From Zootoca vivipara (lineage: Eukaryota), in assembly GCF_963506605.1 (NCBI RefSeq), contig NC_083280.1:36332001-36396000 (forward strand): a DNA stretch of 64,000 bases, in the 5' to 3' direction. Made by a program: the position numbers and the translations under genes. Under the pieces are notes generated by a model. That model was given only the letters and a program-made list of their open reading frames with translations. It did not search any database and had not been told where the DNA came from. Shown here piece by piece: positions 49,743 through 63,208 of this stretch (within the stretch, counting starts at the first letter, position 1; each line of letters opens with the position of its first letter).

Positions 49743-52525
49743 TAATTCTTTTTTATACTGGACCACATTAAGTGTTCTTGTGCCCATATTTAAGTAGCCA
49801 AAACCCATGCACGAGAGATGGGTTCAGCATTACCCCAATGTTTTCATGTTCTTGAAAGCTGTAGGAGGAGTATAAAAAGTGGTGGGTGGTGGGACTCAAA
49901 ACAGTCACATAAGAACTTAATGCCATGAAATCTTGTGATACGGAGCAGGGCTGAAATGGTAACTGGATAGAAGGGGAAATTGAATAGAGTAGTGGCAAGG
50001 AAACGAGAAAATAAACAGATATGAAAAAAGTGGAAAATGCCATCTCATTGTAGATCACTCACTTTCTGGTTGAGACGGAGAGATTATTTTAAAATATCCC
50101 CAGAGACATAGCTCATAGAGTTCAGTGGAGAAACTGAAAGACACGTGTAGCTGGAATTGGTCACATGTGTGCTCACCTCTATAGAAACCTCTAAAATGGA
50201 GGAGAAGAGGGTAAGCTGCCTATGAGAACTGGGCAAACTGGAGTTCTCATAGGCCATTATACTTCAGCATTTAATGCTTTTGGTTCAGGTTTTCTTGTCA
50301 TTTTCCTTGCTCTGTGCATAGTTATTGAAGAGGGAAGAACCCATTTGAGTTAGGGTTACTTTGCTGTTTTCACTTCACCTGCAAAGGCGCTCTTCTCCAT
50401 TGTTTCTCGAGACTGATGGATGCCAACAACTTTATCTGCTGTTAAGATTTTTGGTACTTCATGAAAACTGGTTTTCTCCATATTCTTTCAAAAAGGGGGG
50501 GAAGTAGGTACCCATTACAAACAGAGTTTAGTTGGAACCCTGGAATATATCTGGAATATGGTGTTGTGAAATTGGTTAATGTTGTTGAAATTCTCTGAAC
50601 TTGTTTTTGGAGCAGAGATGCACATAGAATAACTTTCTAACTTGGATTCATATGTGCCTTCACTGTGTTCCTAGTGAGAGCATCTCTGTTCTGTATTATT
50701 ATGGAACCTGGGACCATTCTGTTTCCATCTGAAATAAGAGCTTGCCTGTGAATAATCACTTAAGCAGTGACTAATAGATACTCGAGCAGTGACTAACAGA
50801 GAAGCTGAAAACTAGAGTTCCTGAAATAGTCTGCTAGTTTTCTTGCATAAGGTAAATGACAATACAGAACAGCTACCGGTACTTGCTGCTGTCCTTTAGG
50901 TGGGCAGTTAGGGGAGTTTTGTTCTGCCAGAGCCTTAAGGTTTGTTGACTTGATCTAATTGCAGTTTTGTTTATTTGAACAATTATGGCTTGAATATTCT
51001 TCTTGAGGTATATTACAGAACTGTTTTTCTGTTGTAAAAATATGTGGAAGCTCTTTTTTAGAGCCAAAGGGGATGTTAAATAAATGTTTTTACTGTATAC
51101 ATTTATACAATAATATTGAATAGGAGGAGCAATCCTCTTTCTTTCTACAGCTTTTTCCCCAGAATCATAGATCAGATTCGCCTTTGACTCTGTGTAGTTG
51201 GATAGTCCCCCTTTATGTGTATGTTTTTAAGGGAATGTGGTGAAAAGAATGCCTGTATATTTTATACTTGACAAGGCCCATATCTTTATTGATCTCCGGT
51301 ACATGTATTGGAAGTGCTGAAAGCTAAATGAGAATCTCCCTTAAATGTAAACTTGGTTTCCGTGTAAGTTACTCTACGCAGTTTGTTCATCTAATTTCAC
51401 AGGAGTGAACATTGCTTTAATTAATCCTGGATGCTTCTTTTTAGCCTCTGGTTATGTCACTACAAATTGCATATGCTTTGCTAAGTCAATATCTCAAGTT
51501 TAACAAGACTGTCTGATAACTTTGTTCAAAGCAGGTCAGGTTTCTGCCTTGTCTAGGTTCATTGTAAATGGGTTCTCAAAAAATAAAGTTGGAATGGAAA
51601 TATAATTCTAGGTTGACATGGTTGGTTTTAGAGGGTTCCATGGGCTCAAACGCTCCCTTTCCTTCTCTACAAATTACCACTCGCTTTTCTGATTACTGTT
51701 AACTACCATTTGCTATTTCACTGCAGGCTCAAAGCCAAGTGAGAAATACAGTGCCATATTGGGTATAAAGTATGTGAGTGACTCTCTTTCTGTTAAAACG
51801 TTTAGTGCACTTTGTTTCAATGTCTGTTTGCTCTGGTCACTGGATAATTACTTTGTAAATTACAGGACTGCTGCTGTTACTATAACCCAGTTTATAGTGT
51901 GACTCTTCAGCACAAAACATGTCTGGAAGCTATGGATAGTTGCACAATTCTGAACAGATTAAATTTGAATCCAGACAGGTTGGAGTGATGCTAATTAGAT
52001 CTCCTTGTATCCTTAAGGGAGAAGGTTTGAGGTCAATGGAGGAACAATTATTCCATCAAAACATATACGGAATCTGGGAGCCTTGTTTGATTTTGCCCCG
52101 TGTTTTGGTTAGCATGGTCAAGTTCAGAATCAAAATGTCTCTCATTGTTGGATAAAAGCAGAAACTATTTCTCTAACGCCAGCTGAGCCACAACTGATTT
52201 GGAGAAATCCCTGATACATTGTCTCTACTTGCTGATTTGAAGAAGGTCCTCATTGTGTTCCTTCCTCCTTGTTGGTACTGTGTGCATGTGCTACAGCACG
52301 GAAGCATGTGTCTCCCTTTGGCCAGGCAGACACATGTCCCTGAAATGGCCAGGCAGTATTGGTGTATCTTGCAGCTAGCTAGGACTTCTCTTACTGGGGT
52401 AGGAGAGCTGAAAATAATGCCAATATATTTCACAACTGGCACCAATGTACTCCCTTTGGTTTCAGATAGTACATGGGTACACAAGTAAAAAAAAGCCTGG
52501 GGCTTAGTTTGGTCAGAATCGAGTA

Positions 52526-52749
52526 CAGTGGTACCTCTTGGTTAAGAACTTAATTAGTTCCGGAGGTCTGTTCTTAACCTGAAACTGTTCTTAACCTGAG
52601 GTACCACTTTAGCTAATGGGGGCTCCTGCTGCCGCTGCACCGCCGGAGCATGATTTCTGATCTCATCCTAAAGAAAAGTTCTTAACCCAAGGTACTATTT
52701 CTGGGTTAGCGTTTGTAACCTGAAGTGTTTGTAACCCGAGGTACCACTG
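52526..52749. mobile_element. Tc1/mariner MITE
   Basis: TA-flanked cagtggtacctc ... gaggtaccactg. Confidence 0.92.
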
Positions 52750-52753
52750 TATA

Positions 52754-53103
52754 AAGGTAAAGGGACCCCTGACCATTAGGTCCCGTCGTGACTGACTCTG
52801 GGGTTGCGGCGCTCATCTCGCGTTATTGGCCAAGGGAGCTGGCGTACAGCTTCCAGGTCATGTGGCCAGCATGACTAAGCCGCTTCTGGCAAACCAGAGC
52901 AGCACACGGAAACGCTGTTTACCTTCCCGCTTGGAGCAGTACCTATTTATCTACTTGCACTTTGATGTGCTTTCGAACTGCTAGGTTGGCAGGAGCTGGG
53001 ACTGAGCAACGGGAGCTCACCCTATCACGGGGATTCAAACCACCGACCTTCTGATCAGCAAGCCCTGGCTCTGTGGTTTAACCCACAGCGCCACCTGTGT
53101 CCC
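52754..53103 (-). mobile_element. Sauria SINE inserted at the end of the MITE
   Basis: Full reverse copy; ctgtata duplicated at both ends. Confidence 0.92.
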
Positions 53104-53755
53104 TGTATACACTTCCAGAATTAATGCTAAATACATTACTTCTAGTAAATGAGCCACCATAGCTGCAAGAGGGCCATGAAAATTTGTGTCCTGAGCTTTT
53201 AAGACTCCTCTATCCATGTACTATCTGAAACCCAAGGGTTGCATTGGTTGCCAGATGTGATTCCACCCCCCAAGCTCTCCTACCCCACTATTCCAACACA
53301 GCCTGAGAAGGACCACCCTCAGGTTTCTGAAACAAAAAGGCCTCTGCAGCATCCCCTTGCTTTGTATTGAGAGGAACACCTGCCAGATTCCTTTGTGAAG
53401 TGACGGCTGGACCATGCCTGGTGAGGATGCCTTGAAGCAGCAATAATATGACTGTGGGAGGATCTGGCTGCTAAGCATCTTGGTAAGAGGAGGATCAGGC
53501 TCTCCACATTGAATAAATTGGTAGTCCTTGGTGTAAATTAAAGCATATTGTGGTGGGTGGCTGTTTGTTCCTGCACCAAACTGGGCAAATATACCTCTGA
53601 TGTTGCCTACTCTAAACTTTAGAATGATGTTTTCATCCTGTGAGTCATTAAAATGTAGTATATAGGTTGTCTTACTTCCTGTAGGGCTGCAATGTTTAAT
53701 CAGTTAATTGGTTAGTTAAAAAACAACTAGAGAAATGCTGTCAAGTAAACAAATA

Positions 53756-53971
53756 CAGTCGTACCTTAGAAGTCGAACAGCCTAACGTGGAAGTGACTTT
53801 TCCGTTTTTCGAACGTTTTAGAAGCCGAACATCTGATGGGGCTTCCACGGCTTCTGATTGGCTGCAGGAGCTTCCTGCAGCAAATCAGAAACCGTGCTTT
53901 GGTTTTTGAATGTTTTGGAAGTTGAATGGACTTCCGGAACCGATTCCGTTTTGACTTCCAAGGTACAACTA
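53756..53971. mobile_element. Tc1/mariner MITE, different family
   Basis: ta|cagtcgtacctt ... aaggtacaact. Confidence 0.75.
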
Positions 53972-56740
53972 TAGTGCTTTTTTATTTTTAACAAATACTT
54001 ATAAAAGCTGCAGGTGGCAAACATCTTAAAAAGTATTCTCCCTTTCCTTTAAAATAAGAGGTAATATTTTTTTTTAAAGATTCCTGCTTTGCTACTCACA
54101 CATTTCTTCCAGAAATGGAAGAAAATATGCTTCTTGCTTTTTCTACAATTCATTACAATTAATCAGTTAATATTTATTTATAATCAGATACCGCTCTTAA
54201 CTTTCTGCTTTTCAGGTAGGTAACAATTCAACAGGGCAGTTGTAAGCTGCATCATATTAAATCTACTGGAGAGACATTGAGAGGAAAGGAACCATAGGAG
54301 TTCTTAAGTTGTACATCATTTGCTAAAGAACTGTTACGGGTTTGCATTAAAATAGAAAGAAAGATGATGCTAAGCAAGTATCATTATTCAGTAAATCCTC
54401 ACCAGTGTCAGTAACAAAGAAATACCTTTCCTGCTCTAAGCCAGAGTGCCTTTTAAGTAGCTCAGAACTTCATATCAAGTAACCTTTCATCTTGGCTCTT
54501 TGCTGGTTGAGATGGGAGGAGTGGAATGGAATTGCTAAAAGGTGTGTGGCCTGGGGGGGGGGGGCACAAGCTGCTCCTTTGTTAACAGGAAAGCTGAGGC
54601 TGTAGTCCTGTTATATACTCCCATTGAGCTCAGTGGGACTAACTTCAGAGTAGACATGCCTAAATTGCATTTCAGTTGCACGCTTAACAAATGCTAAGTT
54701 GAACACAGAATTTAAATGTGTTTTAGTCATGACACTTCTTATTTGGGGACCTTTTAAGGCGCTTAAATCTGTCCCGACTCCTCTAGACAGCGAATAAACA
54801 AAATCTGATATGTTTATGACAGTTAAGCTTCTGGCATAGACAGAATTAGGTGGTGTGGTGGGATGGAATGATCAGTGAACTAAATGTTTTATAGTCCAGC
54901 TTCTGTGGAAAGAAGTGAGAATAGATTGAAGTTAAAGCTGCATATGGGTCAGTCCAAAGAGCAGGGTGACTGGAGGAAGAAGGGGGGAAATAGGCAGTGG
55001 ACTGAAAAGCAGGAATTTGAGCAAACATGGGTTGGCAGAACTGTGTGGTTAACTAGAAGGACCTGGGCAAAACTATAAATAGGGCCTAAAGTCAGGAGGG
55101 GTGAAGCAGGAGTTGCAAGCAAGGTGGATTGATTAATGGATTTAAACCAGTGCAGTTTTAAATAAATGAAAATAAAGTCTAATGGTTACTGGCAGACTAC
55201 AGCAAGTGTTTTTCATCCAATGAAGATGAATTGCCTATGTTTAGTAGGTAGAATGTAACTACCCACATTTGAGAAATGATCAAATTAGTTCTTCATTTAC
55301 ATAGAAAAGGTCCTTTAACCCAATGGCCTGGTTCATGCTTCAAATTAAACCATAGTTAAAATAAGCTGTGGTCTAATGTGAGCGAGCAACATGCTGGTGC
55401 ACACTACAGAATAACAGGCAATTAGCTTAATCCTGTTGTGCTGCTGAGAAATGTCAACTGGATTCAGGCTCATGGTTGGTTTTTCTCCAAATAAATCAGA
55501 ACAGAAGCCAATGTTTGGTGTTTGGTTTAAAGTTTGTAGTTTGGAGGAAACAAATTGCAAACCTAAGTAGCATGATTCAACAAGCCAGACCATAGCTTAT
55601 TTTCCAGGAGTGTAACAGGAAGAGGGGAAGAGCAGAGCAGTTGCAATTTCTGCTGTGTGGGACAGCGTGCAGCTCATTCACATTAAACCATAGCTGAAAA
55701 GCTAGTTTTCAATGTGGTATGTGAACAAATTCAATGTACTGATTCAGTTTAGAGAGGTACTGCAAGGTTAACATGCTTATATTAACTTAATATTTGTAGA
55801 AACCTACATAGTTAAATGTGATTTGAAATCTTTCTTTTTACAAAATCATTATTTTTATCCTTACTGTAGGTAAAGGGAGTTTGTAGGGGTGCGGAGTCTC
55901 GGTCAGAGGGGCTATAGTTTTGCTGCATCCAGACTCGTGACAGGGGAAATATGCCAGTTGTCTGCATCTATTGTTGCTGATGGCAGGGTGGTTTCAGAGT
56001 GCTGAATTTCATTCACATTGATTTGAACTTGCCTGCTAACTATTTGGTTGCAGGAATTAAGTAACCTTTCTAATCAGAATAGTCTTGTTTGATGGAGTAG
56101 TAATTATTTGTGCACCTGTGACTTCCATTAGGCAGTTTAATGAAATAACGAGCCCCATGACAGCAAGGGAGATTCTATATTTGAAACAAACATTTTAGAA
56201 TAGTGACCCAAATGCTGGAAACAGCTTTCAAATTACCTGTCACCTTCATCTGAGAGTGTTTGAAACATTTAAACATATATACACATTTATTTTGCATCCA
56301 GCCTGATGTTCATTTAGCAAGATATTTTTTTTTTAAAAAAACAAAAGAATAAGAAGATTTCATGAGCTATGTTAATTGGAATTGGGTGACAGAGCACCTT
56401 TCCTTGTTGGAGGGGTTAAGTTACATCCACCCGAAACAAAGCACTGGAAAACCATCACCAAGCAAATAGAAAGAGACTTAATTGCAAGCCATTTCCTAGG
56501 CTCTTTTCATTTCTGTTTGCTTCACAGAGTCTACTGCCTTATTACCTTTTTGCTGCAGAATGATCAAAGTTGTGTGTTTCTACTCACTGCTGTTTTGCAA
56601 AATTATGGGAGGATTGCAGGTATGAAGTGCTGCAGTGAGAAATACCTCTATTGCCCAAAAAATGTGGTACCCAAATTTTGTATCACGTGTCAATAATCTC
56701 TTTGGGAGGTTACAACATACAGAATAAAATCTAGATTCTG

Positions 56741-56741
56741 T

Positions 56742-56791
<50 letters not shown>
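56741..56791. repeat. Compound (CT)n(GT)n microsatellite
   Basis: Directly visible. Confidence 0.95.
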
Positions 56792-56793
<2 letters not shown>

Positions 56794-57656
56794 GTGTGAT
56801 GCGTCTTTAAAGTTGATGCTTTTGTGGTGCTGAAAGAACTCAAAGGCAGTTCCTTCTCTTTCTGTGGCTTTGTGGGAAGTGATGTTAGTATGAAAATGGC
56901 ATTCTTTATTAAGGTGCCGCCAGGAAAATAATGTTAAAATTTCAGAAGTGTAGGTGGAAGGGCTGGTGAGTCAAGATGAAAGGGAAGAAAACCCGCTTCA
57001 GGTGTATACTTTGCTCAGTTGGCAGCAAAAGGCATAGAAATTTAAGTGTAAAACGTATTTGACAGTAGTAGATGTGAGGGCATGTGACAGTGGCAGAAGG
57101 ACTTGAACAGTCAACATTTTCCAAACAAGCAGCACTAGCAGAATTGGTAAAAGATCAAGGTGATGTCTTGCTTCAGTGCCCCCCCCTAAAACACTGTGAC
57201 TGGAGAACCCTGATAAAATAAGTACAGTACTAGAACTGTCAGTCACAGAGATCTCTCCCCCACTCCCATCCCGCTCTGCCCAAGTATTTTTCTTACGAGC
57301 AAACATGGCTATAAATATTTCACTTTTTGCAGGTGTACTATCTGCAGTGCTTTTTTCAATGTCTGCATTTCCAAGATGCCCCAGATTCCTTCAGAGGTCC
57401 CTGATTTGGTTTAAGATGCCTCAGGAAGATACTACTTCCCTGAATCTGTCTTGAAACACCATGCTTCTGTTCAGGTGTTCATTCGAATCTGTTGCACATG
57501 TCTAATAAGATCTCTTTCCCCTATAGAGAATATTAACAATGTGTGTAAGACTTGGAAGTCAAGAAGAGTAAACAAGGTGTAACATGCTTTAGCTACCGTA
57601 TCTCTACTGACTCTGTGTTTATTTAATTGCAGTGCATTGACTAGCCATTAAGTATC

Positions 57657-57843
57657 ATGTCTGACAACGGCGAACTCGAAGATAAGCCACCAGCTCCACC
57701 TGTTCGGATGAGCAGCACTATCTTCAGTTCAGGAGGGAAAGATCCATTATCTGCTAATCATAGCTTGAAACCCCTGCCCTCTGTTCCAGAAGAGAAAAAG
57801 CCTAGGAACAAAATCATCTCTATTTTCTCTGGCACTGAAAAAG
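57657..57843 (+). CDS. PAK2: PAK2 coding exon 1 (MSDNGELEDKPPAPPVRMSS...)
   Basis: Near-identical to the PAK2 N-terminus; acceptor before 57633; donor G|gtaagt; 187 nt. Confidence 0.98.
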
Positions 57844-59260
57844 GTAAGTTGCTGCATTTTGTGGGTTCAATACATTCTTCCCTTTCAACTCCATTGTGCC
57901 ACATGCTTGCTTTTAGCTAGGAAACACATCCCTTACAGAACAGTGCAATACGGGTCTCATTTTAGTGATTGCACTGGCACGCAAAAAAGTAGCAACCAGC
58001 TTCACTGTTACTCAGCTGGGCAAATGCTGTGGGACACCTTGGTTTTGTGTTCTCTTTCTGTCTGTCCCTCTCCCTAGGAGTAGGGGAAATCATCTGGTTG
58101 AGTACATGCAGGTTTTCTCTCTGTCCCTCTTCTTGCTAAGAAGAGATTGGCCAAAAGCAGGCCATTCCAGCCAGGGTAGATCCAGATAGACTCCTGTGAC
58201 AGAGGTCTACCTGGAGGCAGCACATTGGAGCTATGTCTGTTTTCTCTTCCTCCCCCTTCTCCAGGAGGCAGAAAGAAACAGACTGGTTTATAGTCTATGA
58301 AATGGAGAATCACCCTTCTTTTTACGAGGGGATGGGAAGAGAAGCAGCCTGTAGAATTACAACACAACTGAACATACTGTACACTCTTGTCTAGTTGGTT
58401 GGAGGCAATCCTCCCTGGATTCATTTTTGTTAAAAGAAATTTAATACATGAAGTCAGACTATAGGCCCATCTAGCTCAGTATTGCCTACTGTCACTGACA
58501 GCTGCAATCCTAATCCCACGCGTCTAGAAGCAAGCCCTATTGAATTTAACAGGACTTACCTCCGAGTAGACATGGTTAGGAGTGTCTTGTAAATTTCACT
58601 AAGCCCACTTTTGACTAAAATTAGTAGAGCTGTGTTACAGACTTGTGCAGCTTTAATGTTTTGAAAGTTTGGAGGATTTGAGAAAATTACGCAAATGTTT
58701 TGGAGAAAATGGCTGGGGAAAATGAAAATGCTTACATCTTAATCTTCATTATAGTCTTTAACTGCCCACCTAATTGTAAGCTTAGACTGTGATGAAAAAT
58801 ATAGGCTGCAAATGTACTTAGCTCACACAAGTACAATGTTATAGAGCCAACATGCAGAAACTAGTTTCAAATGGTCACTTTCCAGTTTGAATTGCAAACA
58901 CAAAGATGCAGGAAAATCTAGGCAAAATGCCTTCACCCTACCAAGCAAGAAAAGCAGACCCGAAAAAGTAGGCAGCCCCCTCCTGCAAACAACCAAATGC
59001 CCTCAATTAAAATAAAAAATTGAGAGGGGCGGGGAGGGGGCTTAGTGAGTGCCAGGATGGGTGTTTGAGTTTCTTTCTACATGACTTAGCTGAAATGTAG
59101 TACATGCCAGTTTCAAGACATCCTGGTTACTAGAATCATGGGACATATTTGTGCAACTAATAGTTATGTTTAAAGAATATTTGCTGGCTAGGTTTACTAA
59201 ATTTTAAAAGCGCTTTTTTACAGCTGTTTTCCTAGGCTGACTATTCTGTTGTTCTTGTAG

Positions 59261-59361
59261 GGAGTAGGAAAAAGGAAAAAGAAAGGCCTGAAATCTCTCC
59301 CCCATCAGACTTTGAACATACCATTCATGTTGGCTTTGATGCAGTTACAGGAGAATTCACT
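59261..59361 (+). CDS. PAK2: PAK2 exon, CRIB motif ([17 protein letters not shown])
   Basis: cttgtag| ... ACT|gtaagt; 101 nt. Confidence 0.98.
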
Positions 59362-59751
59362 GTAAGTATGCCAAGCTTCTCTCTGTTCAGTGTGTACTAA
59401 CTTATGGTTGCTAAGAAATAGAGTATTTTCTTTTTAAGCACTGTTGTTACCAGTGTATTTCATCACTAAAAACATCCTCAATACATATTTCTCCTGTTGC
59501 ACCAATAGGAAAGCTATAGAAAACTGAAATAATGAAATGGGGTAAATTTAACTTAAAATAGATGTTATGTTGCAAAATCCTGTTTCTCAGTATAACAACA
59601 AACTGGACCTCTTTATGAATTTTTTTTATGCTGACTTGTTTCATTGTATTGTCTGTAGGATCTTGAAAAAGTGATTTTGCCCTGTGTCCATATGAATTAT
59701 TTAAACTTGTGGATTTTATACTTTAGATGTAATTTTGTATTCTTTTCCTAG

Positions 59752-59902
59752 GGAATGCCAGAGCAGTGGGCTCGGCTGCTACAGACGTCAAATATCACCA
59801 AGCTAGAACAGAAGAAGAATCCTCAAGCTGTCCTTGATGTGCTGAAGTTCTATGATTCTAAAGACACAGCAAGACAGAAATATTTGAGTTTTTCTGCTAC
59901 AG
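59752..59902 (+). CDS. PAK2: PAK2 exon, autoinhibitory domain ([11 protein letters not shown]...KYLSF)
   Basis: ttttcctag| ... G|gtaatc; 151 nt. Confidence 0.98.
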
Positions 59903-61146
59903 GTAATCTTAAGACTACTGTGGACAAATTCAGGTGGAGCCTCAGATTGTTTTTGTGAAGCAATAAGAATTTGCTTCTAAAATGAGGAAGCAGTCTACAG
60001 TGAAACTCTTCAATGTATAGTGCTTTGGAAAAATGGCAGTGTGGGGCATCAGCTTTCAGTAGGCCAAGATTCTAATGATGGATAAGATCCATTACTGCCC
60101 CTTTAGTTTGAATAGTTAGAAGTTGTTTATTTGAAGTACTTGATCATGAAAGGATAAGTAATATCCATTAATTTTCTTAAACATTTTTGAGTCTACGGTC
60201 GCTATCTTTGTATTCCTATGTTTTTTGTTTTTTAGTAGGAAGTTAAACTTGAGTTACACACAATTGATTCCCAAAGGATGGAGGTTTAGAAGAAGAGTTG
60301 TAAAAAACTTGCAGGAATCATTGTATATATTGATATGTTGTCATTAACAGTAGGATGGCGAATTGTAGTGAGCCCTTGTACAAAATTGAAGGGGAAGGAT
60401 CTTGAAATTCTAAAGCAGACATAGTTGGATTCAACCCTAAGTCATACTCAAAGTTAACACATTAAAATCAGTGCAGTTAATCAAGTTTACAGATTTCACT
60501 CTGCTCTCTGTGTGTGGAGTTGGCTACAACCCATATGCTACTTTATACTTTCAGTTATTCTCTGTATTTGATGAGGACAGATTTTCAGAATAGAATATTC
60601 TCACATTACTAATGAATTTAAATTTTAACATAGGCTCACAAAAGTACTGTGAACTAACAACAAATGTGAACATGTAAATTAAAAAAAACAGACAAACAAG
60701 GCTTATAATACCAAAATGAGGTGAAGACTTGGCTTGCCCTTAATTTGGGGTTTGAATTCACATATTGGTTTAGGGGCCAACAAGTTCGGGTTTATCTACA
60801 CGTATAAAACTTTGCTTTCCCAGATTATCCTTAATTTTATGTAACAGTTTTGGTATTGACTTTCTGTTTATGTAGAGGTTTTGTTTAATAGAAAATAAAA
60901 CTGGCTCTAAATGTTTTAGGCACCAATTATATCCACATTTATCTAGAAAGCTGGGTGTTTTTTTTAAGAAAGTGAACATATTCTACTGAGAGCATGAAAG
61001 AAGAATAGAGTTCTTAACTCACATTTCAATCTCTCCCATAGAAAGACCCCAATACTTTTCATTTAGCATTGTTGCTCCTATTGTAAAATGCTATAACATC
61101 TTTCGGTGTTTCTGTTGGTTAAATTTTCAAATTTCTCTTTTTTTAG

Positions 61147-61178
61147 ACAAAGATGGATTCCCTTCAGGAGCACCAGCA
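61147..61178 (+). CDS. PAK2: PAK2 32-nt exon (DKDGFPSGAPA)
   Basis: tttttttag| ... GCA|gtaagt; phase 1 to 0; matches KDGFPSG. Confidence 0.93.
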
Positions 61179-62108
61179 GTAAGTTTGCTTTATTACATTC
61201 CTTACAATTCTCAGAAGTATTCACACTGCTCTATTGCAGTTCTTGATGTGAATCAAGCCTAGTGAGTTACAAGTATTATCTGGTTTGAGGTATGAGTCAC
61301 CAGAGAGACACTTCACCTGACTTCTTTTTTTAAAAAATTAAAGCTGGATACATCAGTAGATGGGATTCTTTCTTGGTCCACTCCTGTAATTTATGACGTA
61401 ACTTATCATGTGGTTGACAAGTTCAGAGGCTGCTGTTGTATCAAAACCAAAGTTCCGTATATCCACTCTCTTGCTTGCCAGTAGCAAGACCCACCCCCCG
61501 GTCCAGGGTGCATCAAAACATTGCTTCTCCTTTCCTTCCTCATTTCAACCGTTGAGAGGTTATTTTTTTGTCCTTTTGAGCAGGGCTTCTTTGGCCAGTG
61601 CTTTTGCTGGCTTCGTGTACTATTGTTACTGCCTCCTGCACAAGCCCCTAGGGAAGGGGGAGAGATTATATACTTTATTCACTCCACAGAGAACTTGGGG
61701 AGTGGGTGGAGGAGGGAGTGCAGAGGCAGTAGCAGTGAGGAGCTGCTTGAAATGCTATTATCGGGATAGACAAACTGTGGCTATAGGGCTGCATGCAGCT
61801 CCTAGCCTAATTTTAAAAGGTCTCTGCAAGCAATCAGTTCAGACCCCTGGCAAGAGTGATCTGCCTCTCTCCTAGCAGCCTGTTGGGCAGTGGAGAAACC
61901 TACTGCAGGTATACCATCCTCAATAGATTAGTTCAGAGGCAATGCAACCCTCAACAGAAAAAATAGTTTCCCACTCCAACTAACTATTCTGTTCTTATAG
62001 TTCTGTATACTTCCTTATAGTGAACTTTCTAAATGTTCTATAGTAGGGCTTAATTTCTTTTACTTCTTTCTTTAAAAAACAAAACAAAACAAAACCCAAA
62101 ACTTCTAG

Positions 62109-62207
62109 CCCAATGCAAAAGGGTCAGAGCCTGCAGCACCTGAAGAGGAAGATGATGATGAAGTGGCTCCTCCAGTTATTGCCCCACGACCGGATCATAC
62201 AAAATCA
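62109..62207 (+). CDS. PAK2: PAK2 exon, acidic tract and PIX-binding motif (PPVIAPRPDHTKS)
   Basis: cttctag| ... TCA|gtgagt; 99 nt. Confidence 0.95.
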
Positions 62208-63078
62208 GTGAGTCGTTTTATTTCACCTAATAGTTTCTGTCCATAACTTACCAGTCTGCAGGTACAATGGGAACATGATTTGGGAGTCTCGTATTCAAAT
62301 CTCACTTTAGCCAGGAAAAAAAATCCCCAGATTTCAGCAGTGGTGCTAATCTATATCTTGGAAATAATATTGACCTATGTGGTATATGTGAAGCTCTTGA
62401 AGGGAGGCGGCAATGCTATAGAAATATATAAAGTAGTGGTAGAATCCTTTCTCATAATAGCAGTACTCTTTGTGGAGGCTTTCAGCCAGCCGTTTCCTCC
62501 AAATTGTGCATTCTACCTCTCTCCTTCCTTTGAGCTGGGGGGTGGGGTTGTTTCGCTGAGCATGTTGATACCTGCCTCTTGTTGTTCAGTGCCTCCACTC
62601 TAGTTCCATCTCTTCTCAGTACTCCCCACTTGAGTTTCCTATTAGAGGGGGCGACTGGCTTTTACTTTGAAACAGCATTACTTGTGAAGTGAGAGCTTGG
62701 CTTGAATAGTTGTTTCTGAGTTTGCAAAGAATGTTTTAGTAGTTGTATACAAGGGAATGTTACTGTAATTTGCAAAATGGTTTGGGAATGTTCTTATCTA
62801 CCATACTCCATTTAGAGCTTAGTTCAATAAAGGATTCATAACGACTGTATGCTACTGTAATATACAGCAGTCAGTTGTTGTAATTAAGTCCCTAATGCTA
62901 CAAAAACCTATAGATATTCATATCAGCCAATAGGCTGTAGTAGCCGTGGAGCCACATTGACTAAAAGGATAGCCATAAATCTTTCATGAGAGATGTTCAC
63001 TATTTATGGCAGTTTCAACCTGAAAAGAGATTTCTTACAGGAATATAATGGCTTTATAACTATGATATTTCCTTGCAG

Positions 63079-63208
63079 ATTTATACGCGATCCGTAATAG
63101 ATCCCATCCCAGCACCTTCTGGTGACACAGGTGACACAGTTGCTAAATCAGCAGATAAGCAGAAGAAGAAAGTTAAGATGTCAGATGAAGAAATCACGGA
63201 AAAGCTGC
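63079..63208 (+). CDS. PAK2: PAK2 exon (IYTRSVIDPIP...MSDEEITEKL); gene continues beyond the window
   Basis: ccttgcag| ... C|gtaagt; 130 nt. Confidence 0.97.
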
